A DNA stretch of 64,000 nt. Source: an uncultured Spirochaetota bacterium (lineage in GTDB: Bacteria > Spirochaetota > Brevinematia > Brevinematales > JAOACQ01). Below are positions 18,813 through 29,166 of this stretch, one piece after another. The translations under genes and the position numbers were made by a program. Every line of letters begins with the position of its first letter. Positions within the stretch are counted from its first letter, which is position 1. The stretch lies in assembly GCA_963835575.1 (NCBI GenBank), contig CAWIGG010000004.1:832001-896000 (forward strand), read 5' to 3'. The notes beneath the pieces are model-generated. The model saw nothing but the letters and a program-made list of their open reading frames with translations, had not been told where the DNA came from and searched no databases.

Positions 18813-19868
18813 ATGCCTGTAAAAAAAATAGCCTTTTTTGACGCGAAACCCTATGACTCCGATTCGTTTGATAAAATGAATGAAAGGTTCGGTTTTGAAT
18901 TGAAGTATTTTAAAGGGCATCTGACTGAAGATACTGTGCCGATCGCCAAAGGATACGATGCGGTATGCCTTTTTGTGAATGACCAGGTGACAAAGCAAAT
19001 CATTCAGGCTTTGAAAAATAACGGCGTCAAACTCATTGCGTTAAGAAGCGCCGGATATAATAATGTGGATCTGAAAGCCGCTTTCGGCAACCTCCATGTC
19101 GTCCGTGTACCGGCTTATTCGCCGTATGCCGTAGCCGAGCATGCCGTCGCGCTGATGCTGGCTTTGAACCGGAAAACTCATAAAGCCTATTACAGGGGCC
19201 TGGACAAAAATTTTACAATCGCAGGACTGTTAGGCTTTGATATGTTCAGAAAGACCGCGGGTATTATAGGCACCGGCCAGATAGGAAAAGTGCTGATCCA
19301 TATCCTGAAAGGGTTCGGAATGAAGATTCTCGCGTATGACACTTTCCCGAATAAGGAATTCGCAAAAACGGAAGATTTTGAATATACAGACCTTGAAACC
19401 ATCTACAGGGAATCCGATATCATATCGCTGCACTGCCCGCTGACCCCGGAGACCCAGTATCTGATCAATGAGGAAAGCATCTCGAAGATGAAGGACGGCG
19501 TGATGATCATCAATACCAGCAGGGGAAAGCTGATCAAGACAAAAGCCCTGATTGCCGGACTGAAGAAAAAGAAGATCGGCTTTGCCGGGCTGGATGTCTA
19601 TGAGGAGGAAAGCGAATACTTTTTTGAGGATAAATCCGCCGATGTGCTGGATGATGATGTGCTGGCGAGGCTTTTGACCTTTAATAACGTTCTTGTCACG
19701 GCGCATCAGGCTTTCTTTACACAGGAAGCGTTGAATAACATCGCCGAAACAACTCTTCAGAATATTCAGGATTATTTCGGAGGCAAGCCTTTAAAAAATG
19801 AGATATGCTATAAATGCGGTCAGGAAACCGCGAATTGCAGTAAGAACAAAACAGGGAGATGTTTTTAA
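18813..19868 (+). CDS. ldhA: D-lactate / 2-hydroxyacid dehydrogenase
   Basis: ALRSAGYNNVDL, VPAYSPYAVAEHA, GIIGTGQIG, INTSRG, LDVYEEE, TAHQAF. Confidence 0.9.
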   Translation: MPVKKIAFFDAKPYDSDSFDKMNERFGFELKYFKGHLTEDTVPIAKGYDAVCLFVNDQVTKQIIQALKNNGVKLIALRSAGYNNVDLKAAFGNLHVVRVPAYSPYAVAEHAVALMLALNRKTHKAYYRGLDKNFTIAGLLGFDMFRKTAGIIGTGQIGKVLIHILKGFGMKILAYDTFPNKEFAKTEDFEYTDLETIYRESDIISLHCPLTPETQYLINEESISKMKDGVMIINTSRGKLIKTKALIAGLKKKKIGFAGLDVYEEESEYFFEDKSADVLDDDVLARLLTFNNVLVTAHQAFFTQEALNNIAETTLQNIQDYFGGKPLKNEICYKCGQETANCSKNKTGRCF

Positions 19869-19930
19869 AAGTCGGCAGCCGATAGAACATTTTATTAATT
19901 ATTATTTGCTGATTAAAACAGGAGGTATTT

Positions 19931-20254
19931 ATGGAAAATATGGATACAAACCAGCCTGTTATATTGAAGGATGATATAACCTATTCTCCGGATTCGATTG
20001 TCAGTAAAACGCTCCTGGAAAATGATGGCGGGACAATCACTTTATTCGCCTTTGATCAGGGGCAGAATCTGAGCGAGCACACAGCCCCGTTCGATGCGGA
20101 AGTCATTGTCCTTGAAGGAAAGGCGGATGTGTTTATTGCGGGTAAAATCAATGTGGTGCCCGAAGGCGGAATGATACTGATGCCGGCGGATATTCCTCAT
20201 GCTGTAAAGGCTTCTGAGAAATTCAAGATGCTGTTGATTATGATCCAGAAATGA
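19931..20254 (+). CDS. Cupin domain protein
   Basis: LFAFDQGQNLSEHTAP, MPADIPHAV. Confidence 0.9.
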   Translation: MENMDTNQPVILKDDITYSPDSIVSKTLLENDGGTITLFAFDQGQNLSEHTAPFDAEVIVLEGKADVFIAGKINVVPEGGMILMPADIPHAVKASEKFKMLLIMIQK

Positions 20255-20281
20255 AAGGCTGATTAAATAAATGTAAATATA

Positions 20282-20367
20282 TGCCGGGGGCGGGACTCGA
20301 ACCCGCACAGGCGTTAAATCCCGAGGGATTTTAAGTCCCTTGTGTCTACCAATTCCACCACCTCGGC
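20282..20367 (-). tRNA. tRNA-Leu(TAA)
   Basis: GCCGAGGTGGTGGAATTGGTAGACACAAGGGAC-TTAAAA-TCCC, long variable arm, GGTTCGAGTCCC; CCA not encoded. Confidence 0.96.
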
Positions 20368-20384
20368 ACACATATATAAAAACG

Positions 20385-20457
20385 AGGGGATGGTCGGAAT
20401 TGAACCGACGAATAGCGGTTTTGCAGACCGCCGCCTTAGCCACTTGGCTACATCCCC
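20385..20457 (-). tRNA. tRNA-Cys(GCA)
   Basis: GGGGATGTAGCCAAGTGGCTAAGGCGGCGGTC-TGCAAA-ACCGC...GGTTCAATTCCGACCATCCCCT. Confidence 0.96.
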
Positions 20458-20470
20458 GTAACGGGACATA

Positions 20471-20499
20471 ATTATAATCAAATTCATATCACCTGTCAA
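20471..20499 (-). promoter_or_regulatory. sigma70 promoter for tRNA-Cys/tRNA-Leu
   Basis: TTGACA-17 nt-TATAAT, perfect consensus. Confidence 0.85.
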
Positions 20500-20523
20500 T
20501 TTTATTCAATATCAAGCCCGCTA

Positions 20524-20552
20524 TTGACTAATGTCGAACTGTTTTTTATACT
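20524..20552 (+). promoter_or_regulatory. sigma70 promoter for the GGDEF gene
   Basis: TTGACT-17 nt-TATACT. Confidence 0.7.
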
Positions 20553-20621
20553 AAACTTGAGTCTTCTAATGAAGCGTCAGGGGCGTTTTTAAATTTTAAA
20601 AAAAAGAGAGTAGTTTGTTTA

Positions 20622-22940
20622 ATGGCTGGGAATAAAACAAAACGGAAAACTCTTGCTTTTCAGATTACATTTCTGGGCGATACTTACGCGAATATGCTCT
20701 GGCCGGGCGTGGCCGATGTGGCCAGGGAAAAAGATTACAATCTCATTATTTTCACCGGCGGTTCTTATAATTCTCCCCAGGGATATAATTATCAGCAGAA
20801 TGTGATCTATGAATTTGTCAATAAAAATAATGTCGATGCCTTTGTCATGACAACAGGGACGCTGTTAAGTTATGTTAAAATGGAAGAATTTAATAATTAT
20901 TATAACAAATTTTTGAAATTACCCGTTGTCAGCATCAATGTAAAGCTGGAGGGAATCCCCAGTATCTTGATAGACAATAAATTCGGGATGAAAGAAACGG
21001 TCAACCACCTGATTAAGGTTCATGGCCTGAACAAAATCGCTTTTATCCGGGGCCCCGAAAATAATCCCGAGGCTCAAGTGCGTTATAGCGCCTATCTGGA
21101 AGCATTATCTGAGAATGGAATAAAAACTGATCCTCAGCTTATTGTTCAGGGTAATTTTTTGTCTCCCTCCGGTTATGAGGCTGTGGAGACATTAGTTAAT
21201 AAAAGGAAATGCCTGTTTGACGCGATTGTTTCTTCAAACGATGAAATGGCTTTAAGCGCAATCGAGGCGCTAACGCAGAGGGGCATCAAAATCCCGGATG
21301 ATGTTGTCGTGACAGGCTTTGATGACGCTGAAATGGCGCAGTTCAGCTCGCCGCCGCTGACCACAATCAGGCAGCCTATTTATCAACAGGCCAGATTGGC
21401 CGCCGAGACGGTTATCGCGATGCTGGAAGGGAAAAAAGTGCCGGAAGAAATAATATTACCGACAAAACTGATTGTCCGCTCATCCTGCGGCTGTTTTTCC
21501 GAGTCTGTCAGCATGGTAAAAAGCAGGTTTCAAAAGATAAAGCAAATCAGTTATTTTAATAAAAATAATATAATCAATGACTGCAAGGAAAAATCGGCTT
21601 TAGAAATCGGCCGGTTGTTGCAAGAATATCCTGCCGAAATTAATAGAATAATAAATACTTTAAACGGTTTGTTTGATGTTTTTCAAGAAAGCGATATTAA
21701 TAAAGAAAATTCGGAAACCTTCCTGAAGCTCTTTAATAATATTTTGAAAGATGAATTGAAAGCGAAAAGGGATATAAAGATGTGGCAGGATATCCTGACT
21801 ATTTTTTTTAATCAGATGCATTCGGTATATAACAATTTTGCAAAAAGCCTGCTGCTGACGCCGCTTTCCCATAAAGCAAGAATTATTCTTTCGGAAATGA
21901 TTGAACTGACGCAGGCGCGCAAGCGGCTGGACCTCTATTTAAGCCATCTGCTCTTCAGGGACTTCCAGCAGGGCCTGGCGGCTTCTCTTGACCTGGAAGA
22001 TATGACCAAGAGCTTGGCGCTGGAGCTTCCGAAGATCGGAATAAAAAGCTGTTATTTATCGCTATTCGGCAAGGAATTAAAACACCTGAAGAACGAGCCA
22101 TGGCTGATCCCTGAAAACTCAACATTGATAATGGCTTATAATGAAACCGGTAATATCAGAATCACTTCAAAAACAAGAATTAAATACTCATCTAAACATC
22201 TGGTACCGCCTGAATATTTACCGTCTCAAGCCAGATATACAATGATCGCTTCCTCCATCTATTTCAGGGAGGTCCAGCTGGGAATTATTCTTTATGAACT
22301 TGGAACAAGGGATAAAAGCGTCTATGAAACCCTGGGGATTCAGATCGGCGCCGCCTTAAAAAGCGCCCTTCTTTTTACTGAGCGCCAGTCGGTACAGAAG
22401 AAGCTTGTCCGCGTTTTGAATGAGCTGGAAAAGTCCAATGAAAAATTAAAAACGCTTTCAGAAAAAGACGAGCTGACCGGCCTGTATAACAGGAGGGGAT
22501 TTCTGCATCTCGTGGAGCAGAATATGAACCTTGTCAGGCGGATGAAAAAACAGGGAATGCTTTTATTTATCGACATTGATGGTTTGAAAATAATTAATGA
22601 CACATACGGGCATAAAGAAGGAGACAGAGCTATTAAAGAGACAGGCCGTATTCTGGGGAAATCTTTCAGGGCGATGGATATTATCGGACGCATCGGCGGG
22701 GATGAATTTGTCATCTTTGTTATGGACGCGGACAAAAAGAGTTATGAATTGATAAAAGAAAGGCTTTACCGCGCGGCTGAGGAATTCAATTCGAAATCGC
22801 GGAAGCCTTATATGGTTTCTTTCAGCATTGGAACTGTCCCGTTTTCTCATTCCCATATGAGCTCAATGGAAAACCTGATATCCGAAGCGGACAAAAATTT
22901 ATACAGAAATAAAAGATTGAAAAAACGCGCGAAATCTTAA
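20622..22940 (+). CDS. LacI-type sugar-binding domain + GGDEF diguanylate cyclase
   Basis: IAFIRGP, SSNDEMA, VTGFDD, PPLTTIRQP, RSSCGC; DELTGLYNRRG, RIGGDEF. Confidence 0.92.
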   Translation: MAGNKTKRKTLAFQITFLGDTYANMLWPGVADVAREKDYNLIIFTGGSYNSPQGYNYQQNVIYEFVNKNNVDAFVMTTGTLLSYVKMEEFNNYYNKFLKLPVVSINVKLEGIPSILIDNKFGMKETVNHLIKVHGLNKIAFIRGPENNPEAQVRYSAYLEALSENGIKTDPQLIVQGNFLSPSGYEAVETLVNKRKCLFDAIVSSNDEMALSAIEALTQRGIKIPDDVVVTGFDDAEMAQFSSPPLTTIRQPIYQQARLAAETVIAMLEGKKVPEEIILPTKLIVRSSCGCFSESVSMVKSRFQKIKQISYFNKNNIINDCKEKSALEIGRLLQEYPAEINRIINTLNGLFDVFQESDINKENSETFLKLFNNILKDELKAKRDIKMWQDILTIFFNQMHSVYNNFAKSLLLTPLSHKARIILSEMIELTQARKRLDLYLSHLLFRDFQQGLAASLDLEDMTKSLALELPKIGIKSCYLSLFGKELKHLKNEPWLIPENSTLIMAYNETGNIRITSKTRIKYSSKHLVPPEYLPSQARYTMIASSIYFREVQLGIILYELGTRDKSVYETLGIQIGAALKSALLFTERQSVQKKLVRVLNELEKSNEKLKTLSEKDELTGLYNRRGFLHLVEQNMNLVRRMKKQGMLLFIDIDGLKIINDTYGHKEGDRAIKETGRILGKSFRAMDIIGRIGGDEFVIFVMDADKKSYELIKERLYRAAEEFNSKSRKPYMVSFSIGTVPFSHSHMSSMENLISEADKNLYRNKRLKKRAKS

Positions 22941-25018
22941 AACAGCAATTCTAAAGATCCGGCCAGGCTTTTTTCACTGGCTTGAACTCTATATGCTTTT
23001 GTTCTCTCATCGTCAGAAAAATTAAATAATAGTAATGAACCTTCTGAAATATTGAATTTAATGAGGAATGAAACTTCATTGCCGATACCGTAATAGGACT
23101 TTATCTGTGTTATTCCTGCCGGTATTTCTTCTTCAATGGCAAAAAGAGCGGAATTATAGCTGTAAGAGCGGTAGCTGTTCCATAAAAAAACAAAACTGAA
23201 ATTCCTGACCGGGATGATTTCAAACCGGATAGTACCCATATTGCCCATTTCCTCATCCGTAAAATCGAGCAGGTTCTGCCATTTCAGGTTCAGCCGGATT
23301 TTGTCATGAAAAAGCGAGAACTTATTATTAAAATAAGAACGCAGATTATCACCTTCCGAAAGTATTGAATATCTGGATTTAAGTTCTGTCTCCAGAGAGT
23401 TAACGAACTCATTCTGAAAATTAAACATGGATTTGAGCTTTATTTCATGTTTTTGATTAAGAGGAGAATTGGTGATTTTACTATAAAAGTCAGAATAAAA
23501 CTGGACGGTAATAACGGGGAATTTATAATTACAACCGGCGAATATTCCTTTCACATCAGCGTCATCATGAAGCACAATACCGCGGTACGGCGCGGAATAA
23601 TTGGCTTCCAGGTAATAGCCCAGGATTGAGGCTGTGAACCGGTCTATTTTTAAAATAGTTCCCTGCTCGGCAGCCGTTCCGCCGTAGGACGCGTATTCAC
23701 CGAAAAGATTGACCGTGTCGAAAAGGTATGAATCGTAGTAAACACTTCCGCCGTTCATATGAGCGACAGAGTCCGCTCCCTGATGTGAAATATAAGCGCC
23801 GCCCAGCATGGTATCAAAAAGAGGGATCTTTGACTCCGCGGAAAAGCCGTAATCGACCTGGTTTGTTTTTTCCATGGATGGCCCTGTTTCAAAATAAGAA
23901 TAAAATCCGGCTATTTTCGGTTCGGGATAGAAACCGGCTATATTGAATTGAGATAAAGAAACAGAGGCGGCGGCGCCGTTCAGGAAATCCCAGACATTAT
24001 CGTAATTGGAATCATAACCGAAACTGAGACTCGGATAGAGGCCGCGGTTCAATTTTTTGACAGGGGCCTTATCGATATCCGATGGGGAAACAGCATAGCG
24101 CTTTCCCATAAGAAGTCCCTGGCCGGCGCTGAATTGATACTGGCCGGCTATGATGGAAAAATCAGGGCTTTCCCAGAGCGCGCTGAGCCGGATGTTGGAA
24201 ATGGAGCTGTCCCAATGCGAGAATTCGGTAATATTCGTATAGGTTTTTATACTGCAGTAAATTTTCAGCCGGCTTGCCGTCAGTATCAGGCGGTAAAAGT
24301 ATTCATCTGCTTCTGAATTTTCATTCGTTATTTTATTCGATATTTCCATTGATGATGTATTGAGAATCCCGGCCTTGAGCGATAATGTCAGCCCTTTTTC
24401 AACAGGCGGTTTGATCGTAATAAAGGGCGATAAAATAAGAAGATCATCAGGAGTCAACCCGGCATTCGTCAGGTCAAAGAGTTCATTAATGGGCTTTTCA
24501 TTTCTATATTCAATAATAGCGGCGGCTTTCTTTTCATCCATAGCGGGCAGGGATGCCATATCCTTTTGTCCGGCGGCATTCAGATTGACGGGAAAGATCA
24601 GGAAATCGGAATAATAGTCGATATTTTCGAGCCTGTCGCCTTCCAGACCTTCCAGGATTTCTTCGATGGATTTCCGCCGGCTTTCAATATAAAAATAGCT
24701 TTTAAGAGATTCAATAATATCCGGTTCGACCGGAATAAGAAGAAGCTCGTCAAAATTCTCAATCTCGCCATGGATTTTACGGTATTTGATGATATCGATA
24801 GCTTTTTTTTCATCGATATTCATTATTTTAAAGAAATGCAGCATGGTATTTTCAGGAACAGCGTTCAAGTCCCTTTTTTCTTCAGTTAATTTCAAGAAAA
24901 AAGCCTGATCTTCAGGATTCATATTGGATAACGCGCTTTCCTGCAAAGTCCGGGAATAGAGTAAGCCGGTCCATAATAATAATAAAACGAAAAGTGTTAA
25001 AATTTTTAAATTATTCAT
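22937..25018 (-). CDS. ComEA-like helix-hairpin-helix protein with C-terminal beta-barrel
   Basis: Signal peptide; two HhH modules (DLNAV..KAIDIIKYR; VNLNAA..KAAAIIEYR); FSAGQGL; terminal Phe. Confidence 0.7.
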   Translation of the reverse strand: MNNLKILTLFVLLLLWTGLLYSRTLQESALSNMNPEDQAFFLKLTEEKRDLNAVPENTMLHFFKIMNIDEKKAIDIIKYRKIHGEIENFDELLLIPVEPDIIESLKSYFYIESRRKSIEEILEGLEGDRLENIDYYSDFLIFPVNLNAAGQKDMASLPAMDEKKAAAIIEYRNEKPINELFDLTNAGLTPDDLLILSPFITIKPPVEKGLTLSLKAGILNTSSMEISNKITNENSEADEYFYRLILTASRLKIYCSIKTYTNITEFSHWDSSISNIRLSALWESPDFSIIAGQYQFSAGQGLLMGKRYAVSPSDIDKAPVKKLNRGLYPSLSFGYDSNYDNVWDFLNGAAASVSLSQFNIAGFYPEPKIAGFYSYFETGPSMEKTNQVDYGFSAESKIPLFDTMLGGAYISHQGADSVAHMNGGSVYYDSYLFDTVNLFGEYASYGGTAAEQGTILKIDRFTASILGYYLEANYSAPYRGIVLHDDADVKGIFAGCNYKFPVITVQFYSDFYSKITNSPLNQKHEIKLKSMFNFQNEFVNSLETELKSRYSILSEGDNLRSYFNNKFSLFHDKIRLNLKWQNLLDFTDEEMGNMGTIRFEIIPVRNFSFVFLWNSYRSYSYNSALFAIEEEIPAGITQIKSYYGIGNEVSFLIKFNISEGSLLLFNFSDDERTKAYRVQASEKSLAGSLELLF

Positions 25019-25053
25019 GGTGAAAATAAAAAAGATGCCTCGTTTTTTATTTT

Positions 25054-25260
25054 TTAAGAATTCTTTTTTATAGCCACTGTCTGCATGGCCCCGCCCAGGT
25101 ATTCCTGAAAGCGGCGGCGTATCTCCTCCGCCTTCTCTTTAACGACCATTTTATGCCCGGACTGGAAAACAACAATTGTGTCGGGCGTTTCCTCGACATA
25201 TTCGACAAGGAAGAGGTTGATGGAGATTTTTGTGTCGTTCAGACGCGTTAATTCGACCAA
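25054..25260 (-). CDS. flbD: Flagellar FlbD family protein
   Basis: MVELTRLN...VEETPDTIV...GHKMVVKE; downstream of flgE. Confidence 0.9.
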   Translation of the reverse strand: MVELTRLNDTKISINLFLVEYVEETPDTIVVFQSGHKMVVKEKAEEIRRRFQEYLGGAMQTVAIKKNS

Positions 25261-25338
25261 TGACGGCCTCCTTTTTTGTGCTGACTCAAATAATACAGTA
25301 ACAAGGTATACATAAGGAAATCTGTCAACTTATAGCCC

Positions 25339-25482
25339 GTCATTGCGAGGAGAAAAATATCTACCTTGCCGGGAGCTTCAGCCCGAAGCAATCTGTCTGC
25401 ATAAAAAGAACACTTCATGTGCAGACAGATTGCTTCGCTTTCCAATCAGCGGCTATGGAGAAGACTGGGCGCTCGCAATGAC
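25339..25482. repeat. REP-like palindromic element
   Basis: GTCATTGCGAG...CGAAGCAATCTGTCTGCA / TGCAGACAGATTGCTTCG...CTCGCAATGAC nested inverted repeats. Confidence 0.8.
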
Positions 25483-25496
25483 GCCTTTGTTTTTAA

Positions 25497-25531
25497 TAAA
25501 AAAATCCTGCCTGTATATTACAGGCAGGATT
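25497..25531 (-). terminator. Terminator after flgE
   Basis: AATCCTGCCTGTA-TAT-TACAGGCAGGATT with T run on the minus strand. Confidence 0.75.
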
Positions 25532-25561
25532 AATTATAAAATAGTTTTCTTATTTAGCCAA

Positions 25562-26926
25562 TTATCTCTTCAGGTTCAAAATTTCCTGGAGCATGTTGTC
25601 TGTCGTTGTCACAACGCGGGAATTGGCCTGGAAACCTCTTTCAGTGACGATCATATCCGTAAATGTTTCGGAAAGGTCGACGTTGCTCATTTCCAGCGCG
25701 CCGGCGTAGATTTTTCCCCGGCCCTGCGTCCCGGCCGTGCCCATATTCGGCATACCGGAGTTGTTGGATTCGCTGTAAAGGCTTTCGCCCTCTTTTGTCA
25801 GGCCCGCCGGGTTGGTGAATGCGGAAATGGCGATCTGTCCGATGACCCGCCGTTCGCTGTTGGAATAGGAACCGGTGATCGTTCCTGAATCGTCGATCTT
25901 GAATGATTCAAGATAGGACATTTCATAGCCGTCCTGGTAGTAGGCGCGGGTTGTTGTCGCGGAACTGAACTGCGTGATGGAATCCTGCACCTTGCCTACT
26001 GAGCCGACATCCATATTAAAATTTCTGGTCTGGCCGTCGGGAAGCGTATATGAAACGGTGGCAGTAAGCGCGCCCTGTGCGACGGTCTGGGGAGTGGCCC
26101 CTGCTCCTTCCTGGATGGAGGCGATCGTGCCGTTCGTGTTGAAATTGATCAGCATGGAGTTGTTTGTATCGGTTTTGACCGTACCGACGTTGACTTTGAT
26201 ATTATTATCAGGAATGCCGTCGATGGTGGCCACAGCGCGCCACTGGTTCAGCCCGACCTTCTGGAAATTCATGACCATCCTTCTTTTCAACCCATACGGA
26301 TCGACCACGTCGATGGATGTCGAATGCGTGTTCTTGATGATATCATCCGGGGTGGCATTGGGCGCCAGTACGGGGGTTTTTATATCAAGGTTGCTTTTCA
26401 GGCGGACAACAGATGTTTCCCTGGCCTCGAGCTTTTCCATCAGAGGGATGCGCATATCTTCGATGGGGGCCGCCGTATTGACGAAACGGTCTCCGTTCTG
26501 GAGCGTGACGGCATTCCATCCCTGGACTTTCAGTCCGTTGGGATTGACAAGCATGCCGTCGCGGTCGATGATAAAGTTTCCTGATCGCGTATAGAAAGTC
26601 CTGTCCCCCAGCTTCGTGGTAAAGAAGCCTTCCCCGGTTATGGCCAGGTCGGTGTTCTTGCCGGTTGTCTGGATGCTGCCCTGGTTCATCAGAGTGTCGA
26701 TGCTGGCGACGGTCATGCCCAGGCCGATCTGCCTCGGGTTCAAGCCGCCCCTTTCATCAGAGGGCTTCGCCGCTCCGGTGAGGGTCTGCGACAGTATATC
26801 CTGAAAAGTCACTCTGCCTTTTTTGAAGCCGGTTGTATTGACGTTCGCGACATTGTTGCCGATGACGTCCATCCTGACCTGGTGGTTCTGAAGGCCGGAT
26901 ACGGCTGAATAAAGTGATCTCATCAT
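25562..26926 (-). CDS. flgE: Flagellar hook protein
   Basis: MMRSLYSAVSGL..HQVRMDVIGNNVANVNT; LEMSNVDL..FTDMIVTERGFQAN. Confidence 0.96.
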   Translation of the reverse strand: MMRSLYSAVSGLQNHQVRMDVIGNNVANVNTTGFKKGRVTFQDILSQTLTGAAKPSDERGGLNPRQIGLGMTVASIDTLMNQGSIQTTGKNTDLAITGEGFFTTKLGDRTFYTRSGNFIIDRDGMLVNPNGLKVQGWNAVTLQNGDRFVNTAAPIEDMRIPLMEKLEARETSVVRLKSNLDIKTPVLAPNATPDDIIKNTHSTSIDVVDPYGLKRRMVMNFQKVGLNQWRAVATIDGIPDNNIKVNVGTVKTDTNNSMLINFNTNGTIASIQEGAGATPQTVAQGALTATVSYTLPDGQTRNFNMDVGSVGKVQDSITQFSSATTTRAYYQDGYEMSYLESFKIDDSGTITGSYSNSERRVIGQIAISAFTNPAGLTKEGESLYSESNNSGMPNMGTAGTQGRGKIYAGALEMSNVDLSETFTDMIVTERGFQANSRVVTTTDNMLQEILNLKR

Positions 26927-26962
26927 AGGCTTATCTCCTTTCTTCTTATTCTATATATGGGA

Positions 26963-27445
26963 TTATTTCTGTACAGTGTCAGGGGTCTCTGTTTTTTGAA
27001 CATCCTTGACTTCCTCTATCTGGGCAAGAGGGACTTCCATGCCGTTGATGTTCATGAATGTATCGCCGTTTTTGACTTTAATGCTGTCCACAACGCCGCT
27101 GTTGTATTTTCCGTTATCGTCAACCCAGGAGATCACCTTGCCGACGAGAGAGACAGCTTTGGTAAATGTGAATTCCCTGCTGAGTGTTTTAATGTTTTCA
27201 GTCAGATCGTTCATCTGCTTGAGAGAGGTGAACTGGGCCATCTGGCCGATGAATTCCTTGTCATCCAGAGGCTTTGTCGGGTCCTGTGTCTTGAGCTGGG
27301 TGATGAGGAGCTTCATAAAGTCGGCCTGGTCCAGAGTGTTCTTGCTTGTGATCTTCTGGTCCGCTTTCAGCTTGGTATTGAAATCGTCCACTCTATAATT
27401 AAGGACGTTGATTTCCTGCGGGCTCATCTGAGTATTGATTTCCAT
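26963..27445 (-). CDS. flgD: Flagellar hook capping protein
   Basis: FMKLLITQLKTQDPTKP..EFIGQMAQFTSL. Confidence 0.95.
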   Translation of the reverse strand: MEINTQMSPQEINVLNYRVDDFNTKLKADQKITSKNTLDQADFMKLLITQLKTQDPTKPLDDKEFIGQMAQFTSLKQMNDLTENIKTLSREFTFTKAVSLVGKVISWVDDNGKYNSGVVDSIKVKNGDTFMNINGMEVPLAQIEEVKDVQKTETPDTVQK

Positions 27446-27469
27446 AAGGGCCTCCTTTAATATTTCTCT

Positions 27470-28795
27470 TTATGCGAGAAAGTTGATGCTCGATTCAAAT
27501 AATGAATGCGGGGAATATTTAATTTCTTCCAGTCTTTCTTCCGCTGTTTTTCCCGGATAAGCCTGCACGGCTTCTGTTGAAGCCTGGCCGGAATTGTCCT
27601 GCTCCTGCTGGGACAGGCTTACGTCCATGCCGCCGATATTGATGCCGGCCTGCTGGAGCGCGCGCTGAAGATCGCCCATGTTCTGGTCAAAGAGCATTTT
27701 CGCTTCCGGAGTCGACACGACTATCTTTCCCAGGAGCAGTCCGTCCTCAAGCGAGAACTTCATGCTCATTCTTCCCAGTTCCGGCGGAATGAGGTTCATC
27801 CTCAGTTCGCTTTTCCCGTCCTTCAGCGTGACAAGCGCCCTGCCGGTGATGTTCTGCATCAGGGCTTCCAGGGTCGCCTTGCTGACAGGGGAAGCATAGG
27901 AAACGGTCTGACGCAGTATGGCGGACTGTATATCCATTTTATTCAAATTGACCGCTGTATTTTCTTTTGTGATTATTTTATCCGTATTTTCTTTATCAAG
28001 GACTTTGATAATGGAAGCGTCCCCGGTTTTATTTTCCTTTATTTCATTCTTGAATAAACTGAAGGAAGGATTGTCGCCGGAATTATTTTTATTTTCTTTA
28101 TTATTCATTTTAGCCGGGCCGGCCTCTTCCGGTTTTGTTCTTTTATCAATGACAACGACTTTATCCGGGGTATTTTTATTTTCGTCTTCCGTATTCTTCA
28201 TCATCCCGGATTGAAGCGCCGTTTCTTCAGTTTTTACGGAAGATGTATTATTCAGTCCCATTTTACCGCTGATGTCCTGAAGCTGGTTTTTCAGGAGGTC
28301 CAGCGAATTGGCGCTGCCGCCGAAATTCTGCTTGTCCAGCATTGCGCCGAGCTGTTCGAGTATCTGCGCCATATAGGAAAGAACGCTGACGGTGGAATCT
28401 CCCATTTCGATATTCCACTGCGCCGGTTTTTCCTGGACGCCCGCCAGGATCTTTTTAATTTCTTTGACTATTGCTTTTACGGTCTCTATTTCTTTATTAT
28501 TTTTGCCTTCATGGCTTTCCGATAATTTGTCCAGCTTTTTCTCAATATCGTCCAGTTTGTTCTTCACGTCTTTCCATTCGACAGGTTTTTCCCTTTTATT
28601 ATCCTTACTATTGTCGGAAATATTCCGGAGAACGTCCCTGAAGGATAATTCCTGTGTTTCTTCGCTTCTGTTCTTCTGAATGTTCTGCCCTTTATTATTT
28701 CCCTGTAAACGGAATAGATCAACCGGCTGACGCTCGGGATTGTTCTGGAGACTGTTCAAGAGGGAAAACAAATTTGTTCCTTCCATACCTATCAA
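27470..28795 (-). CDS. fliK: Flagellar hook-length control protein
   Basis: Low-complexity N-terminus; LRMNLIPPELGRM C-terminal domain; upstream of flgD. Confidence 0.88.
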   Translation of the reverse strand: MIGMEGTNLFSLLNSLQNNPERQPVDLFRLQGNNKGQNIQKNRSEETQELSFRDVLRNISDNSKDNKREKPVEWKDVKNKLDDIEKKLDKLSESHEGKNNKEIETVKAIVKEIKKILAGVQEKPAQWNIEMGDSTVSVLSYMAQILEQLGAMLDKQNFGGSANSLDLLKNQLQDISGKMGLNNTSSVKTEETALQSGMMKNTEDENKNTPDKVVVIDKRTKPEEAGPAKMNNKENKNNSGDNPSFSLFKNEIKENKTGDASIIKVLDKENTDKIITKENTAVNLNKMDIQSAILRQTVSYASPVSKATLEALMQNITGRALVTLKDGKSELRMNLIPPELGRMSMKFSLEDGLLLGKIVVSTPEAKMLFDQNMGDLQRALQQAGINIGGMDVSLSQQEQDNSGQASTEAVQAYPGKTAEERLEEIKYSPHSLFESSINFLA

Positions 28796-28991
28796 ACACT
28801 CCTTTTTTTACTATCTTGATATGATTTTCGGTAGAATTAAAAAAAGGTTAATAAGAATGAAGAAATAAAAATAAATATTTGATGATTGACATAAGCCGTT
28901 AAGATGACCCCGATGTGGCAGGATAACCTGGAATTTGAAGGATAATATTATTGGGGAATTTCACTGGAGGTGGGAAGGGGAACGGGGGTTG

Positions 28992-29086
28992 GCCACAGAA
29001 TTTCACGGAAAAACACAGAATTTATAAGATAAAATAAAGGTTTTATTAATATTTTATTTCCGTGAATTTCTGTGTAATTCCGTGGC
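28992..29086. repeat. Inverted pair of 3x10-bp CAC(A/G)GAA repeats
   Basis: GCCACAGAATTTCACGGAAAAACACAGAAT ... TTTCCGTGAATTTCTGTGTAATTCCGTGGC, about 35 bp AT spacer. Confidence 0.85.
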
Positions 29087-29166
29087 AGACTTCTTTTTTT
29101 TTAAGCATGACAGTTCAATAGGGACTCTATAATTAAGTCCCGCGGCTTTAAAATCAAGAGATTATG

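Noticed and set aside
20260..20460. Prophage or island integrated at the tRNAs
   Set aside because: No integrase, and no duplicated tRNA 3' end was noticed in the window
20042..20499. ORFs 20042..20443 and 20314..20499
   Set aside because: They overlap the two tRNA genes
25343..25888. 181-aa + strand ORF and the many other antisense ORFs in the track (e.g. 36750..37682, 57039..57779, 5220..5897)
   Set aside because: They are shadows of well-supported opposite-strand genes or repeats and have no recognisable motifs
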